Origin: a virus
Lineage: Duplodnaviria > Caudoviricetes
DNA: 45,434 nt
Strand: one strand, 5' to 3'
IMG/VR virus record: IMGVR_UViG_3300016478_000286
Location: 1-45,434 of that record
Part shown: positions 26,985-36,842 of the stretch, piece after piece
How the letters are laid out: each line of letters begins with the position of its first letter
How positions within the stretch are numbered: position 1 is the first letter of the stretch
Program-made: the position numbers and the translations under genes
The notes under the pieces: generated by a model
Told to the model about the DNA's origin: nothing
The model's input: only the letters and a program-made list of their open reading frames with translations
The model's database searches: none

Positions 26985-28120
26985 TAGGGCTTATTCTTCT
27001 CCCGGCAAGCAATAGCATGGTTGCCCTTTACGTTGGCCACTGTAAGCACCTTACCGTTCGTGTAACAGGTCGTTCCGTCCGTCAAGGTCCTGGTGGTATA
27101 ATTCGACATGCCAACAGTGTCGATCTCCCATCTATCAAAGGCGTAGTTCGGGTCTATCCCGTCGGCATAGTCCTCGCAGTAGAACGTACAATAGCTACCG
27201 TCAACAACTGTGTACGTTCCAGGCCCGGAGCCTCCATCTCCATAGGCCGCTATATGGCCGTCTTTCGTCAGCGTCAGGCTGTAATTCGTCTTGGGGTTCG
27301 GGTCTTGACCTTGGCCATAGCTGGATCCATAGAGGATATGGTTCCCCTTGACAAAAGTGAATGTGAAGGTCGTGTCGGAACTCTCCCAAGTAGTTCCGTC
27401 CGTGAGTGTCCCAGAGCCAGTACCGTAAACGCCAGAACCGTCAACCTCCCAACGATAGAACGTATATGTAGCGTTCGGAGTAATGGTAAACGTGACCGCC
27501 GCTTCCTCCTGGACAGCAACGCCACCAGAGGGAGTCAGAGTCGAGTTCTCGTCGCAGTTCGCAGTAATGACATACGTGTTCAAAGGAGGGATCTCTGCCG
27601 TAGCTTCACCAGCACATGACGCCGCAGGTGCGTCAACCTTGGGTTCGCCAGCATATGTATTATTAACAATATAGACATGGTCGACATTTGAAACGTGAAC
27701 AGAGTTCTGCAACAAAGTCAGCCGAGGAACGTAAGGAGATCCGAAGGACAAAACCTTCTCGAAATTCGGACGGTAACGCCCATTGATAAGCTTGTCCTTG
27801 TCCCTGTAAACGCCGTTGGCGCAACCGGCAATCAGAAGTCCGTCATAATCATGGGGAGTCTCAATGGTCTTCTGAATACCAGACAGAGAGAGGATCGTCT
27901 CCATGCTCTTAACGGTCCCTGCCTGGTAACTGTCCCACTCATAAACCCACCGGAAAAGCGTCGTTGCGTCACGGACGTGGAGCTTCCCGCCTTTGACATA
28001 AAAGTTCACAAGCGAAGAAAACGACCCGTCAGGTTCACCATGAATAGGCTTGTCATTCTCAATCCCCGTGTAAGACGTAACAGGGAACTCAGCAGTCTTG
28101 GCTGTCAGGCTCTTCGCCAT
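26984..28120 (-). CDS. Tail nozzle N-terminal part fused to two Ig-like (InlB B-repeat-like) domains
   Basis: N-terminal F...YTGI...LVNFYVKGGKLHVR typical of nozzle starts. Two repeats of Y.I/LT...V..G...TF......Y.F.RWE.D....TL..VKGNH. Confidence 0.55.
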   Translation of the reverse strand: MAKSLTAKTAEFPVTSYTGIENDKPIHGEPDGSFSSLVNFYVKGGKLHVRDATTLFRWVYEWDSYQAGTVKSMETILSLSGIQKTIETPHDYDGLLIAGCANGVYRDKDKLINGRYRPNFEKVLSFGSPYVPRLTLLQNSVHVSNVDHVYIVNNTYAGEPKVDAPAASCAGEATAEIPPLNTYVITANCDENSTLTPSGGVAVQEEAAVTFTITPNATYTFYRWEVDGSGVYGTGSGTLTDGTTWESSDTTFTFTFVKGNHILYGSSYGQGQDPNPKTNYSLTLTKDGHIAAYGDGGSGPGTYTVVDGSYCTFYCEDYADGIDPNYAFDRWEIDTVGMSNYTTRTLTDGTTCYTNGKVLTVANVKGNHAIACREKNKP

Positions 28121-28791
28121 TATGCTTCACCGAAGATGTTTCTAACAGTCCCCCTGTTCATGATCGATATGTCTCGGTCTATACCCGCCTCAGCTTCCTG
28201 CCGATACCGGAGATAGGCCATCGCCTCATCGTGCCTACGGTCCTTCTTCAACGCCTCGGACACAACGTCGTAGACCACCCAGCGCAACCAAGTATCCCTC
28301 TCAGGGTAGTCAACCTCAGTCTCGCCCTCGTCAGCTGGAGGATGATATTCTGCCGGAGTTATACCAGGGGTATAAACAAGCGTATACGCAAGGGCGCTAG
28401 TAGCCTTTGGGTAGAGCGTAGCCGTAGTGCCTGTGATACAGTAAAACATCGGCGTCCCAGTCTCGGCCATGTCAAGCTCGTTCCGCAACATCAGCGTCAA
28501 AGGCCTGTGGTACAAAACATTCCCGCCAACGGTCAGTTGATTTACGGATCTCAGGTCTGTAGGGAGAGTGATTGTGGAGGCAGGTACGGTTACCACGCCA
28601 GTAACGGTCGTGATCCCATAATCCTTGTCGTACATTGTCAGCATATCCCGGAACGCCGCATAGGAATGGTTGATTAAAAGGCATAACTGAGCGTCCGTCC
28701 AGAACGGGTTCGTTACGGCTCCCTCGGGGAGCTCAGGCGAAACCTCGTCCAGGTAGAATCGTACCTGAGAGAGCAAATCTGCTATTTTCAT
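28120..28791 (-). CDS. Head-tail adaptor (tubular protein A-like)
   Basis: LLSQVRFYLDE...WTDAQLCLLIN, TITLPTDL, GTPMFY...LYP. Follows the capsid cluster. Confidence 0.7.
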   Translation of the reverse strand: MKIADLLSQVRFYLDEVSPELPEGAVTNPFWTDAQLCLLINHSYAAFRDMLTMYDKDYGITTVTGVVTVPASTITLPTDLRSVNQLTVGGNVLYHRPLTLMLRNELDMAETGTPMFYCITGTTATLYPKATSALAYTLVYTPGITPAEYHPPADEGETEVDYPERDTWLRWVVYDVVSEALKKDRRHDEAMAYLRYRQEAEAGIDRDISIMNRGTVRNIFGEA

Positions 28792-29219
28792 AGGACCACC
28801 GAAGGCTTTCTATCAATAAGCCCCTGTTGTACTGAAGCGTCATGGACACCTTTCTCAATTTCTTCCTGTACTTCTGGATCGTCAACGCCAGAGCCTGAAG
28901 GCATAAGATCCTCTAGTTCGGACGGCTTCTTGTTGTTGTCTCTCATCCACCGGCCTTTGCGAATATCGTGAATGATCTCGCCCTCGTGGTCGTAGTAGCC
29001 TTTAATGTTGATCCTCCCGTTAGGAATGGCCACAACCAGGCCCCACTTCCCAACGATGTTATTAAACAGAACTACGAAGTTTTCCCCTAGCTTACTTACT
29101 TCATCGTCTAGGCTGTCGTTCCAGGGGGAGCGGTATGGATCGAACGCCTCAAACAGGCGTCCATTATAGGCGCTAAACGCCTGCCTGAGAAAAAAGTTCC
29201 GAGTCCATACCTTCCTCAT
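28788..29219 (-). CDS. Hypothetical protein (head module)
   Basis: 143 aa, coupled ORF. Confidence 0.6.
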   Translation of the reverse strand: MRKVWTRNFFLRQAFSAYNGRLFEAFDPYRSPWNDSLDDEVSKLGENFVVLFNNIVGKWGLVVAIPNGRINIKGYYDHEGEIIHDIRKGRWMRDNNKKPSELEDLMPSGSGVDDPEVQEEIEKGVHDASVQQGLIDRKPSVVL

Positions 29220-29221
29220 CG

Positions 29222-29557
29222 TTATTTCCTTCTTCCCCTGCCAACAAACGGCTTAGGAGTGTCTTCGATAAAAGACTCTGTTTCATGCTCCGTTTCAGCC
29301 TCTACAACCTCGGGCTGTGTCGTGGGATTGGCAGTCAACTCTGCCCTCAGAATGTCGAGTTCGGTTCGGATCTGCTCTTCGGGAGCCTTGTCGACAATGG
29401 TTTTCAGGTATCTAACACGGGGAAAGTCAGGGACCATTTCGGCAAAGGTTGTGAAAATTTCCTTCGCTCTGTCCCGACTGTGGGTCATCCAGTAGTTGCT
29501 CTGGCCACGGATGTTGTCGATGTATTGAAGCAGTTGGGCCTTATCGAATCTAGGCAT
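29222..29557 (-). CDS. Hypothetical protein (head module)
   Basis: 111 aa, strong RBS, downstream of the capsid gene. Confidence 0.6.
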   Translation of the reverse strand: MPRFDKAQLLQYIDNIRGQSNYWMTHSRDRAKEIFTTFAEMVPDFPRVRYLKTIVDKAPEEQIRTELDILRAELTANPTTQPEVVEAETEHETESFIEDTPKPFVGRGRRK

Positions 29558-29575
29558 TGTTCCTCCTCTTATGGC

Positions 29576-29609
29576 GGGAGGCCCCCAGGCATAAGCCCAG
29601 GGGCTTCCC
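29576..29609 (-). terminator. GC-rich hairpin after the major capsid gene (attenuator or mRNA stabiliser)
   Basis: GGGAAGCCCCTGGGC-TTAT-GCCTGGGGGCCTCCC, with no clear U-tract. Confidence 0.45.
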
Positions 29610-29616
29610 TATTTTC

Positions 29617-30834
29617 TTAAGCAGTGAAATCGTAGTTGTACAGTTTGGCGTGGCTCTTTCTATGGGTACAAATAAACTGCCCCATCCAGTACATCTTGAC
29701 CTCCCAATCCAACCGGGCGTCAAGCTCGTGGAGAGTATCAGAGCCAAAGTAACTCAACCCCTTGACTTCCCTACGCTCAAGATCGGAGGTGTCAAGGAGA
29801 TACATCGTATGGGTAGAGGGCTTCCCGAAATAAGTGGAAAGATAAATCGGGATCGTCCCGTACATGTGGTAGAACGCCTTCTTCTGGAAGTCACGTCCAA
29901 CCACGTACTTTTCAGCATTGGTTACAACCTTGTCGGCAGAGGCAAGTTTCAGAAAGTTCATAGCCGACTGCGGGTCCATCAGCATGACATTCGGAAGTTG
30001 CTGGTTGTTGTACACGTAGTGGTCAGAGATAAAATCCTCAACCAGGTCAACCGAGAGAGCCGCACTGTTGGCGTCAGAGACAAAGCTCTTCCAAGAACCA
30101 TTGCCGGTAGTGGACGGGTTAATGCCCATGAAGGTCGTGGTCCCGACAATGCTCTGAAGCCCGTCAGGAACGGCGTTGTAGGTGTCTTTGATAGTGATGA
30201 TCGAGTCGTTGGAACAAGTGACGGCACTCTCCATCACCAGGGTCTGTCCGGAAACGTCGGCGATCCTAACACCAGAGACCTCTTTGACTCCGGCAGATGT
30301 CTGAATATCAATTACCTGTCCAGGCCGAAGCTGTCCATAACATCCAGGTGTGTCAACGGCGACCGTGGTAGAGGCAGTCACGGCTCCGTTTACCAGAGCC
30401 AACTGCCCAGTCCCGTTCCCGAAGGCATACCAATCGAAATCGGCCAGAGCCGACTTGATCAGTCCCTTGGTCATATCGGTTACGGCACTCTTGGCATAAG
30501 CTCCGATACCACGGCTCTCAGCCTCGATAACGGCGGGCAAACTGATAATCGTACCGGTCGTCATAATCTTACTCTCGTAGTACCCCTTGATGGAGGCACC
30601 CTTAGCGACACGGTTTACGTTAGAACTTTCAGTATATCCGGTGAGGCCTTCCATCCCCTGAGTCTTGAGATGAATGTCCTCTTTCGTCTGCCCAGCTACT
30701 TTCTTGAAAAAAGGGATAATCTCTTTCGGCTCCCGCTTCTCAGCGAAAACCGCCTTGTCGAAAATCTTGTCAATGGCAAGAGTTTTCAACAGGTTCGTCA
30801 TGGTGGCCTTGACCACCGCAACATCGTTAGGCAT
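29617..30834 (-). CDS. Major capsid protein
   Basis: 405 aa after the scaffold. FGNGTGQLA, PDGLQSIV, MYLLDT, C-terminal GQFICTHRKSHAKL typical of HK97-fold capsids of this type. Confidence 0.8.
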   Translation of the reverse strand: MPNDVAVVKATMTNLLKTLAIDKIFDKAVFAEKREPKEIIPFFKKVAGQTKEDIHLKTQGMEGLTGYTESSNVNRVAKGASIKGYYESKIMTTGTIISLPAVIEAESRGIGAYAKSAVTDMTKGLIKSALADFDWYAFGNGTGQLALVNGAVTASTTVAVDTPGCYGQLRPGQVIDIQTSAGVKEVSGVRIADVSGQTLVMESAVTCSNDSIITIKDTYNAVPDGLQSIVGTTTFMGINPSTTGNGSWKSFVSDANSAALSVDLVEDFISDHYVYNNQQLPNVMLMDPQSAMNFLKLASADKVVTNAEKYVVGRDFQKKAFYHMYGTIPIYLSTYFGKPSTHTMYLLDTSDLERREVKGLSYFGSDTLHELDARLDWEVKMYWMGQFICTHRKSHAKLYNYDFTA

Positions 30835-30857
30835 AGTGTTTCCTCACTCGGGAGTGG

Positions 30858-31874
30858 TTATATCCCACCATTCCCGGACTGTCTATCAATACCCTCAAGC
30901 TGGTTCCTAATCTCAATGTCAATGGGATCTTCATAAGGATTGGTCCCGTAGTCTCTTTCTTTTGTCGGCGTTGGATTGGAGGTTGCCTGCTTGGCAACTT
31001 GCTTGACGGGCTGTTTAGCCGCTGTTCCATTGATAATATTTCTCTTAGCCATACGGTCCTGGTACAACTTCACACGGTCAAAATACGACTTCCCGATCTC
31101 GTAAATGTCAGGAACGTAATCAATTCCTTTCATCGCCTTGGCCTGCCTCTCACCGATAGCAATCACCTTAATCTGCTCCATGTCGTCATCGGTAATCTTG
31201 CCAATAACAGGCTCAAGTTCGGTACGCAATTTCTGCTCCTGCGACTGGAAAGTGTTTCTCAATACCTCAAGCCGATAGCCATCCTCAAACTGCTTACGGC
31301 CATTAACGTCCCCACGCATTTCAGACACGGCCTGCTCAAGCCTCTGGTTCTGCTGGATAATATCTCCAAAGACCTTCGCAACCCCAGGGAACGTGATCTC
31401 CATCTCCTCAAGGATCTGCTTGTGTTGGGCGTAAGGGTCGGCCTCGGTGGCCTTCTGCGGAGGCACAGGGCTGGTCGCATCTTGTAATATCTTAACAACC
31501 TGCGCCTGCGCCTCTCTAGGAAGGGAGGAAAGTATCTGCCCGAATTGAATGGCTTGAGCGGCCTGCGGGTTCTTCCGTAGAAAAGCCTCTGCGGCCCTGT
31601 TTTCGTCAAACTCATCGGCGGGCTTTGCCGCCTGTTCGGGCTTTTTAACATCCTCTACAACCTCGGAGTCTTGCCCCGCTTCTGTAGAGGAGGCCGGGGA
31701 GGCGTTGGACTCTTTGGCATCAACCTCCCCGGTTTGTTCAGTGGTAGCGGAAGGGGTGGAGGAAGGAGTATCATGCGCCGTGGGTGGCGCTTCTTCCTTG
31801 TCCTCTCCCATAAAATGTTCTGTAAGCTCCTGTTGGAGACCTTCTAAGTCAATAGCGTTATCATCGCCTGCCAT
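30858..31874 (-). CDS. Capsid scaffolding protein
   Basis: Acidic disordered N-terminus, helical coiled coil, located between portal and capsid. Confidence 0.7.
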   Translation of the reverse strand: MAGDDNAIDLEGLQQELTEHFMGEDKEEAPPTAHDTPSSTPSATTEQTGEVDAKESNASPASSTEAGQDSEVVEDVKKPEQAAKPADEFDENRAAEAFLRKNPQAAQAIQFGQILSSLPREAQAQVVKILQDATSPVPPQKATEADPYAQHKQILEEMEITFPGVAKVFGDIIQQNQRLEQAVSEMRGDVNGRKQFEDGYRLEVLRNTFQSQEQKLRTELEPVIGKITDDDMEQIKVIAIGERQAKAMKGIDYVPDIYEIGKSYFDRVKLYQDRMAKRNIINGTAAKQPVKQVAKQATSNPTPTKERDYGTNPYEDPIDIEIRNQLEGIDRQSGNGGI

Positions 31875-34081
31875 TACATCCCTCCTTGTTGGGCTTGCTG
31901 TAGAATCATTTCTTCAGGGGTAGGTATCTGTTGACCACCCTGAGCTTGTAACATAGCTTCAATAACCGCCTGAGCCTCCGGGGTAATTTCGCCACTTTGA
32001 GCCATCATGGCGGCTTGTTCTGGAGAAACCATGCCTTCGGTAGGTACGGCGCCAGCTTGAGCCTCCTGGTCCGCCATAGCCTGTTGCTGGGCCATCATCG
32101 CTTGCTGTTCCATCATGGCCGCTTGCTGAGGGTCCACCGCCTGCTGGGGCTGTTGCTGTTGAGGCTGAGGAGGAGTAAGGGATTTAGCCTTCTCTTGAAG
32201 GGCGGCTTGAGCCTCCATCTTCATCTCCTCTATCCGGGCCGACATCATAACATCCTCTTTCGCCTTCCGCATTTGGTTCTCTTTGTGGAGGGCTATATGG
32301 GCGTCCATCAATTGCTGAATAATAGGATCGGCCAGCTCATACTTTGTCGTCTTCTTTTCGCTTCTATGCTCTGCCAGGTGTACATCATCATCGTCGTCAA
32401 TATCGACCTGCGGGGCCATTGAAAGGGCCTCTTCTTCTGACAGAAGTTCGGCTTTCTTCGGGTTCTTCTCTGACGTTTTAAACGCATAGATGAACTCATT
32501 CTCCCGCCTAGCTCGCAATACATCACGCCGCTGAATATAAAAGAACCTATCAATATCAGGAACGCCAAGAAACTCCATCGCTTTCTGGTTGTTCTCAACA
32601 AGGCCAAGCTGTTTCATCTGTAACATGAGCTGGAACCTCTCCATTTTCGAGAGAGGGAACCCGCTTCCAAGGTCAATCGTTATGTCGGCGCACGACAAAT
32701 TGTCGCCCTTGACCTCCATAACCTCGGCCTCGTTCTCGATCCCGTTAATCCGGAGGAACCTTTCTACGTCGTACTTCTCCTGGGCAATGTGGATAATCTT
32801 CATAAATACCGTTTTAACAAACTCTTCCAGGAGTTGAAGCGACGTACTCATCCGGGAGATCCCGTTCTCCATAACAGTCCTCTGGATGTATCCAGGTATA
32901 TGGGTGGATCCCTGCGGCATAGACCCTCTCAGGGTGTCGTAGTCCCCCTGGGAGTTCTGGATCTCACGTTCAAGCGTCTGGATCAAAAACTGGTGAGCGG
33001 AGGAAACGGGGAGCCCTCCAATCGGCTTAATCTCTCCACCATTCCCCTTCAAAAGCGAAATCATACCGTCGGCAATCTTCTCAATCTCGACAGTAGACCC
33101 GTATTGGGCGTAAAGATAATAGCTCCCAAGCGTCTCTGCATGGTCCATAGCCATTGAGGAAATCTTGTTCAAATCTCTCTGCGGCTGTACGGCATCTCTC
33201 AGCGTGTTGTCGCCATAATTCCGGCCATAATCCCTCTGCCAAGCGACTATAAACGGGAAAACGGTGAGCTCTTCCTCTTCAACCATCATATCCCCGGACC
33301 AAATCTTCTTCGTCCAGGTATCCCCATGCCTCTCGTAGGTAGTGTAGACAAGGCAAATCTCCTCAACCTCGCTCCACGTCCACTGATTGTCCATGTAGTA
33401 GCGAAACGGAGTTGACTCATCGGTATCAATAGAGACCGTCGGAGTATCCTCTCCCCACCGCTCAAGGATAATGTCCTTCGGAACAGCGTCTTTGACGATA
33501 ACAAAACGCCCATCCTCAATCTCTCTAGCCGCCGGGTCAGAGTAAAACACAAAAGGGCTGATACAGCGGAACGAAACATCCCCTATGCCACGCTTTTTTA
33601 CCGACCGCTTCTTGACATCGTCGTAAACTTCCCCAGATTTTTTCTTATCCCATGATACTTCGCCGATCATATTGCCTGTCACCATGAGCCAATACAGCCC
33701 AGGCAACAGGTTCCATACGAACTTGTGGTAACTCCAAAACCACTTAGCCATCTTCTCGACAATCCTGGCCTTCTGGATGTCGCTGTAATCCTCGGTGGAT
33801 GGCGAAGCCGTGAAATTGGGAGCCAATCTCTCAAGAAACTGGCCTATCCAAACGGAAACAACTGTGGCCATTTTGTTCCGGACGGTAAGGTTTCTCCTCT
33901 TCCTTCCGGTTTCTTCCATCAAATCCTTGAGAACTTCTTTCCCAGTACCAAGCTGTCTCTCAATCCCCCAGTACTGGTTGCCGTCAACATACATGACGTT
34001 CTGCTTCCACTCAGGGAATCGGTTTCTGATTGGGTGATGGTCAACCCACTTCTTGATGTCGTCTACAGTGTTAAATCTCAA
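31874..34081 (-). CDS. Portal protein (P22-like, long Q-rich C-terminus)
   Basis: YVDGNQY, NKM, ISPFVFYSDPAA..IED, FPFI, QRDLNK. Lies downstream of the terminase. Confidence 0.85.
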   Translation of the reverse strand: MRFNTVDDIKKWVDHHPIRNRFPEWKQNVMYVDGNQYWGIERQLGTGKEVLKDLMEETGRKRRNLTVRNKMATVVSVWIGQFLERLAPNFTASPSTEDYSDIQKARIVEKMAKWFWSYHKFVWNLLPGLYWLMVTGNMIGEVSWDKKKSGEVYDDVKKRSVKKRGIGDVSFRCISPFVFYSDPAAREIEDGRFVIVKDAVPKDIILERWGEDTPTVSIDTDESTPFRYYMDNQWTWSEVEEICLVYTTYERHGDTWTKKIWSGDMMVEEEELTVFPFIVAWQRDYGRNYGDNTLRDAVQPQRDLNKISSMAMDHAETLGSYYLYAQYGSTVEIEKIADGMISLLKGNGGEIKPIGGLPVSSAHQFLIQTLEREIQNSQGDYDTLRGSMPQGSTHIPGYIQRTVMENGISRMSTSLQLLEEFVKTVFMKIIHIAQEKYDVERFLRINGIENEAEVMEVKGDNLSCADITIDLGSGFPLSKMERFQLMLQMKQLGLVENNQKAMEFLGVPDIDRFFYIQRRDVLRARRENEFIYAFKTSEKNPKKAELLSEEEALSMAPQVDIDDDDDVHLAEHRSEKKTTKYELADPIIQQLMDAHIALHKENQMRKAKEDVMMSARIEEMKMEAQAALQEKAKSLTPPQPQQQQPQQAVDPQQAAMMEQQAMMAQQQAMADQEAQAGAVPTEGMVSPEQAAMMAQSGEITPEAQAVIEAMLQAQGGQQIPTPEEMILQQAQQGGM

Positions 34082-34329
34082 AAGAACCTTCCAACGGTGG
34101 AGTTATTTTCCTTCACTCCATCCACAGCCGTCTGAATCTTTTCGGTGATCGACTTCTCTCTCTCGGCCTTAACAGCGTCTTTGATGATCTCTTGCTTCAA
34201 AAGATCCGCACGCCAAGAGGGTAAATCATCGTCGGGCTCTTGCTGTTGCTTGGAGGCTTCCTTCTTGCCGACAATGTACCCGAAGTATGAAGATAGGCAC
34301 CCACACAATATCCCTACTACCAGCTCCAT
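34078..34329 (-). CDS. Small membrane-anchored protein
   Basis: N-terminal hydrophobic helix, GGAGG RBS. Confidence 0.55.
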   Translation of the reverse strand: MELVVGILCGCLSSYFGYIVGKKEASKQQQEPDDDLPSWRADLLKQEIIKDAVKAEREKSITEKIQTAVDGVKENNSTVGRFF

Positions 34330-34347
34330 TGTGGCCTCCCAAGCGAT

Positions 34348-34376
34348 AATATATCCCCGTATGACGCATTTGTCAA
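34348..34376 (-). promoter_or_regulatory. sigma70-type promoter upstream of the portal block
   Basis: TTGACA-aatgcgtcatacgggga(17)-TATATT. Confidence 0.7.
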
Positions 34377-34381
34377 GTTTT

Positions 34382-35908
34382 TCATAAAAACTTCTGCGCT
34401 AGCAACTCATATCCAGCCCTTGTTCGCTTCTTCAACTGCTCTATCTCTAGCTGTACAGCCGTTTTGCGAACAACATTCACGCTCTCAGGAGCCTTCAACA
34501 CCTGCGGCAATAATGCGGCGGCGTCCTCAAGGTCATCATGATTCCCTCTACCACGCCCATAGGAAATTAATCTGTCCACCAAATGGTTCACGCCATCGCC
34601 ATTCTTGCGGAAAAATACGTTCCCATTCTTGATCTCGGTAATTAGCTTCTTGATCCTGATCGCCTTAGCGTCTTTCTCGTTCCCGCCCATTGTCCCAACG
34701 ATCTCGAACGGGAGCCCCTCTTCCTTCGCCTTCAAATCCAGCCATTCTTTGATAACCATCTGGAAACCACGCCTCTCAATCCCAACCGCCCCGACTTTGT
34801 AATGCTTCCCAAGGTCAATCAACATCCTCGCAAGGTCAAACGGGTTACTCTTCCTGGTCTCTTTACACTCCCAAATCAGCGTCTTGCCACCAGAGGTGAT
34901 CGAGGCAACGACAATACCAGAAGCATCAGACCCTCTTCCCTCGGAAATGGCAGGGTCACACGATATTCCAAAAAACATCGGGATCTTTTCTACTTCGCTA
35001 TCGTCAAAATACTGAATGTCCCCATAGTTCAAATGCCCCTCTTCGAGGTTCACTGGAAGGTTCATGTACTCAAGATAGAACCCCTCAAGGTCCCCAGCGG
35101 CCTCATAAGCCGCCCTAGTCTTTCTAATCCATTCCAGAGGGTACATCTCAGGCCACAACGGCTGGCCCTCTTCATCGATAATGCTATAAAACTTCACATA
35201 CCACTCAGGTAACTTCGATACCAACGACGCCAGCGAATACGGGCCTACCATCGTCGCCAGCATAAAAGCCCTACCCCATCTCGGGTCCAGGGTAGGCAAG
35301 GCTTCCCTCAACAGCCATTGTAGGTGTCTCTTCCCAATCTCCGGATCTTCCGCTTCGTCTTTTTTCGTAAGGTCATCCAAGAACATCTTGGAAACCCTAG
35401 AGGTGCCAGCCAACACACCTCTCAACGCCGACCCTACGCCCCTAGCCTGTACACGGCATTGGATCCTCAACGATTGGTTCAATATGTCAAACTTCTCTTT
35501 CCCCCAGTTTCCATCGCCCTTCATCGTCCCGAAAAACGATTTTATCTTCTCATTAGACTCCAACTCCCTTCTGATCGTGTCCGTCCTGTCAACCGCTTCA
35601 GGCTCTGTCTTACACCCAATCAGGATGTTCCCCTTGTTGGTACACACAGGGTCAAACAAAATGCTATGAGATCCAAGACCGTTGATGGTCAAAACTGTCT
35701 TCCCTACACCACGAGGAGCCAAAAACTCAACAAGCCTCAGAGGACTCTTGTAAGCGGCGAAAACATCGTGGTGAAATGAACACCAAGGCAAGCTAAATGC
35801 CTCATCCAAGAATGTCTTACAATACACATCCGGGCCATCTCGCCATGTGGCATAAGCCGCTAGCCAGGAATTGTCAGTTTGGCTTAAACTCGCATTTACA
35901 CTACTCAT
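34382..35908 (-). CDS. terL: Terminase large subunit
   Basis: Walker A APRGVGKT, Walker B MFLDD, LWPE, EYMN, nuclease ISCDPA...DASG and HDDLEDA. Confidence 0.92.
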   Translation of the reverse strand: MSSVNASLSQTDNSWLAAYATWRDGPDVYCKTFLDEAFSLPWCSFHHDVFAAYKSPLRLVEFLAPRGVGKTVLTINGLGSHSILFDPVCTNKGNILIGCKTEPEAVDRTDTIRRELESNEKIKSFFGTMKGDGNWGKEKFDILNQSLRIQCRVQARGVGSALRGVLAGTSRVSKMFLDDLTKKDEAEDPEIGKRHLQWLLREALPTLDPRWGRAFMLATMVGPYSLASLVSKLPEWYVKFYSIIDEEGQPLWPEMYPLEWIRKTRAAYEAAGDLEGFYLEYMNLPVNLEEGHLNYGDIQYFDDSEVEKIPMFFGISCDPAISEGRGSDASGIVVASITSGGKTLIWECKETRKSNPFDLARMLIDLGKHYKVGAVGIERRGFQMVIKEWLDLKAKEEGLPFEIVGTMGGNEKDAKAIRIKKLITEIKNGNVFFRKNGDGVNHLVDRLISYGRGRGNHDDLEDAAALLPQVLKAPESVNVVRKTAVQLEIEQLKKRTRAGYELLAQKFL

Positions 35909-36570
35909 TTTATCGAACCTCCCTCTTTATTGGAAACCTTCAAAACGGCGTTCCCTTCTTTGTCCAGAGTGTTCCCAAGAAACATCTCTGTGCTCAAAGC
36001 CCTTCTGCGAACAAAGTCTCCATCTGTACAATCTCTGTTCTCAAGGGTAAGAACCTCACCCTCTATCGGAGCTTCAAATACCTCACTCGCCTCTTCCCTC
36101 ACCCTTCCCCTCAACGCTTGATTTACCTGGATTATCAATGTGCCTATCTGTACCGGCTTCCCTACATCCGCTTGCCCCTTCTGGCCCAATATCTCATGCC
36201 TCACAAACTGAATCATCTGCGGATTCTCTGAACGCATACCCTTCATAACCGCAGATTTATCCATCAGCTTCACTAAAACCTCAGTTCTCTTGTCCTCTTC
36301 AGCCGCTATAACAGGCCGGAATGAACTCAGCAACTCCCTCGTCTCCCTCTCTGGCACATGAAAATCCCGGTAAATCCGCTTGTAATCCACCGGCTCACCA
36401 GCCCTAGCATAGAGGCAAAGAGCCTTAACCACCCTGTCTCTATCGTCTAAGTCTGTCTTTAACCTACCAGATACCAGGTAACGATATGACTTCTCATCAA
36501 ACTCATTAAGCTCAGCTATCCTGGCTAGTAACCGATCCTCTTCCTGACTACTGTCAACTCTTTTATTCAT
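35905..36570 (-). CDS. Putative terminase small subunit
   Basis: ATGA-coupled upstream of TerL. Helical/HTH-like. Confidence 0.55.
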   Translation of the reverse strand: MNKRVDSSQEEDRLLARIAELNEFDEKSYRYLVSGRLKTDLDDRDRVVKALCLYARAGEPVDYKRIYRDFHVPERETRELLSSFRPVIAAEEDKRTEVLVKLMDKSAVMKGMRSENPQMIQFVRHEILGQKGQADVGKPVQIGTLIIQVNQALRGRVREEASEVFEAPIEGEVLTLENRDCTDGDFVRRRALSTEMFLGNTLDKEGNAVLKVSNKEGGSIK

Positions 36571-36579
36571 CCTACAAGG

Positions 36580-36608
36580 ATTCTACCAGGTTCCAGGTAA
36601 CAAAGCAA
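36580..36608 (-). promoter_or_regulatory. Putative promoter of the packaging/late operon
   Basis: TTGCTT-17-TAGAAT with extended TGn, 10 nt before the ATG at 36570. Confidence 0.5.
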
Positions 36609-36627
36609 ACTCCAAAAGACCAAACAG

Positions 36628-36842
36628 CTTTTTCTTTTTCTTTTGTGTTATTTTTCTTTTTCTTTTTTTATAGTTAAGTTTAAATGATCTTTTATAATGA
36701 ATACATAATTAAAAAGCTTTTAATCTTTTAAAATGTATTCATCATAAGTTCTAGTTAATTAACTCTTCTTTATCCCCATTAATGCTCACTAACATTTCCA
36801 CAAAAACCACCAGATATTCACAAATCCACAGAGTTATTAACA
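36628..36842. other. AT-rich putative replication origin with DnaA-box-like 9-mers
   Basis: Pyrimidine tract, AT-rich inverted repeat 36692-36747, palindrome AGTTAATTAACT, then TTATCCCCA, ATTTCCACA, ATATTCACA, AAATCCACA and TTATTAACA. Confidence 0.4.

Noticed and set aside
26975-26995. Programmed frameshift fusing the two nozzle ORFs at CCC-TAA
   Set aside because: The downstream ORF is in the -1 frame, which has a stop three codons upstream of its ATG, and there is no slippery heptamer. TAATG translational coupling explains the junction.
29557-30936. 459-aa + strand ORF antisense to the capsid gene
   Set aside because: Shadow frame of a codon-biased gene. It has no recognisable motifs and runs against the operon direction. 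The same applies to the many shorter antisense ORFs in the track.
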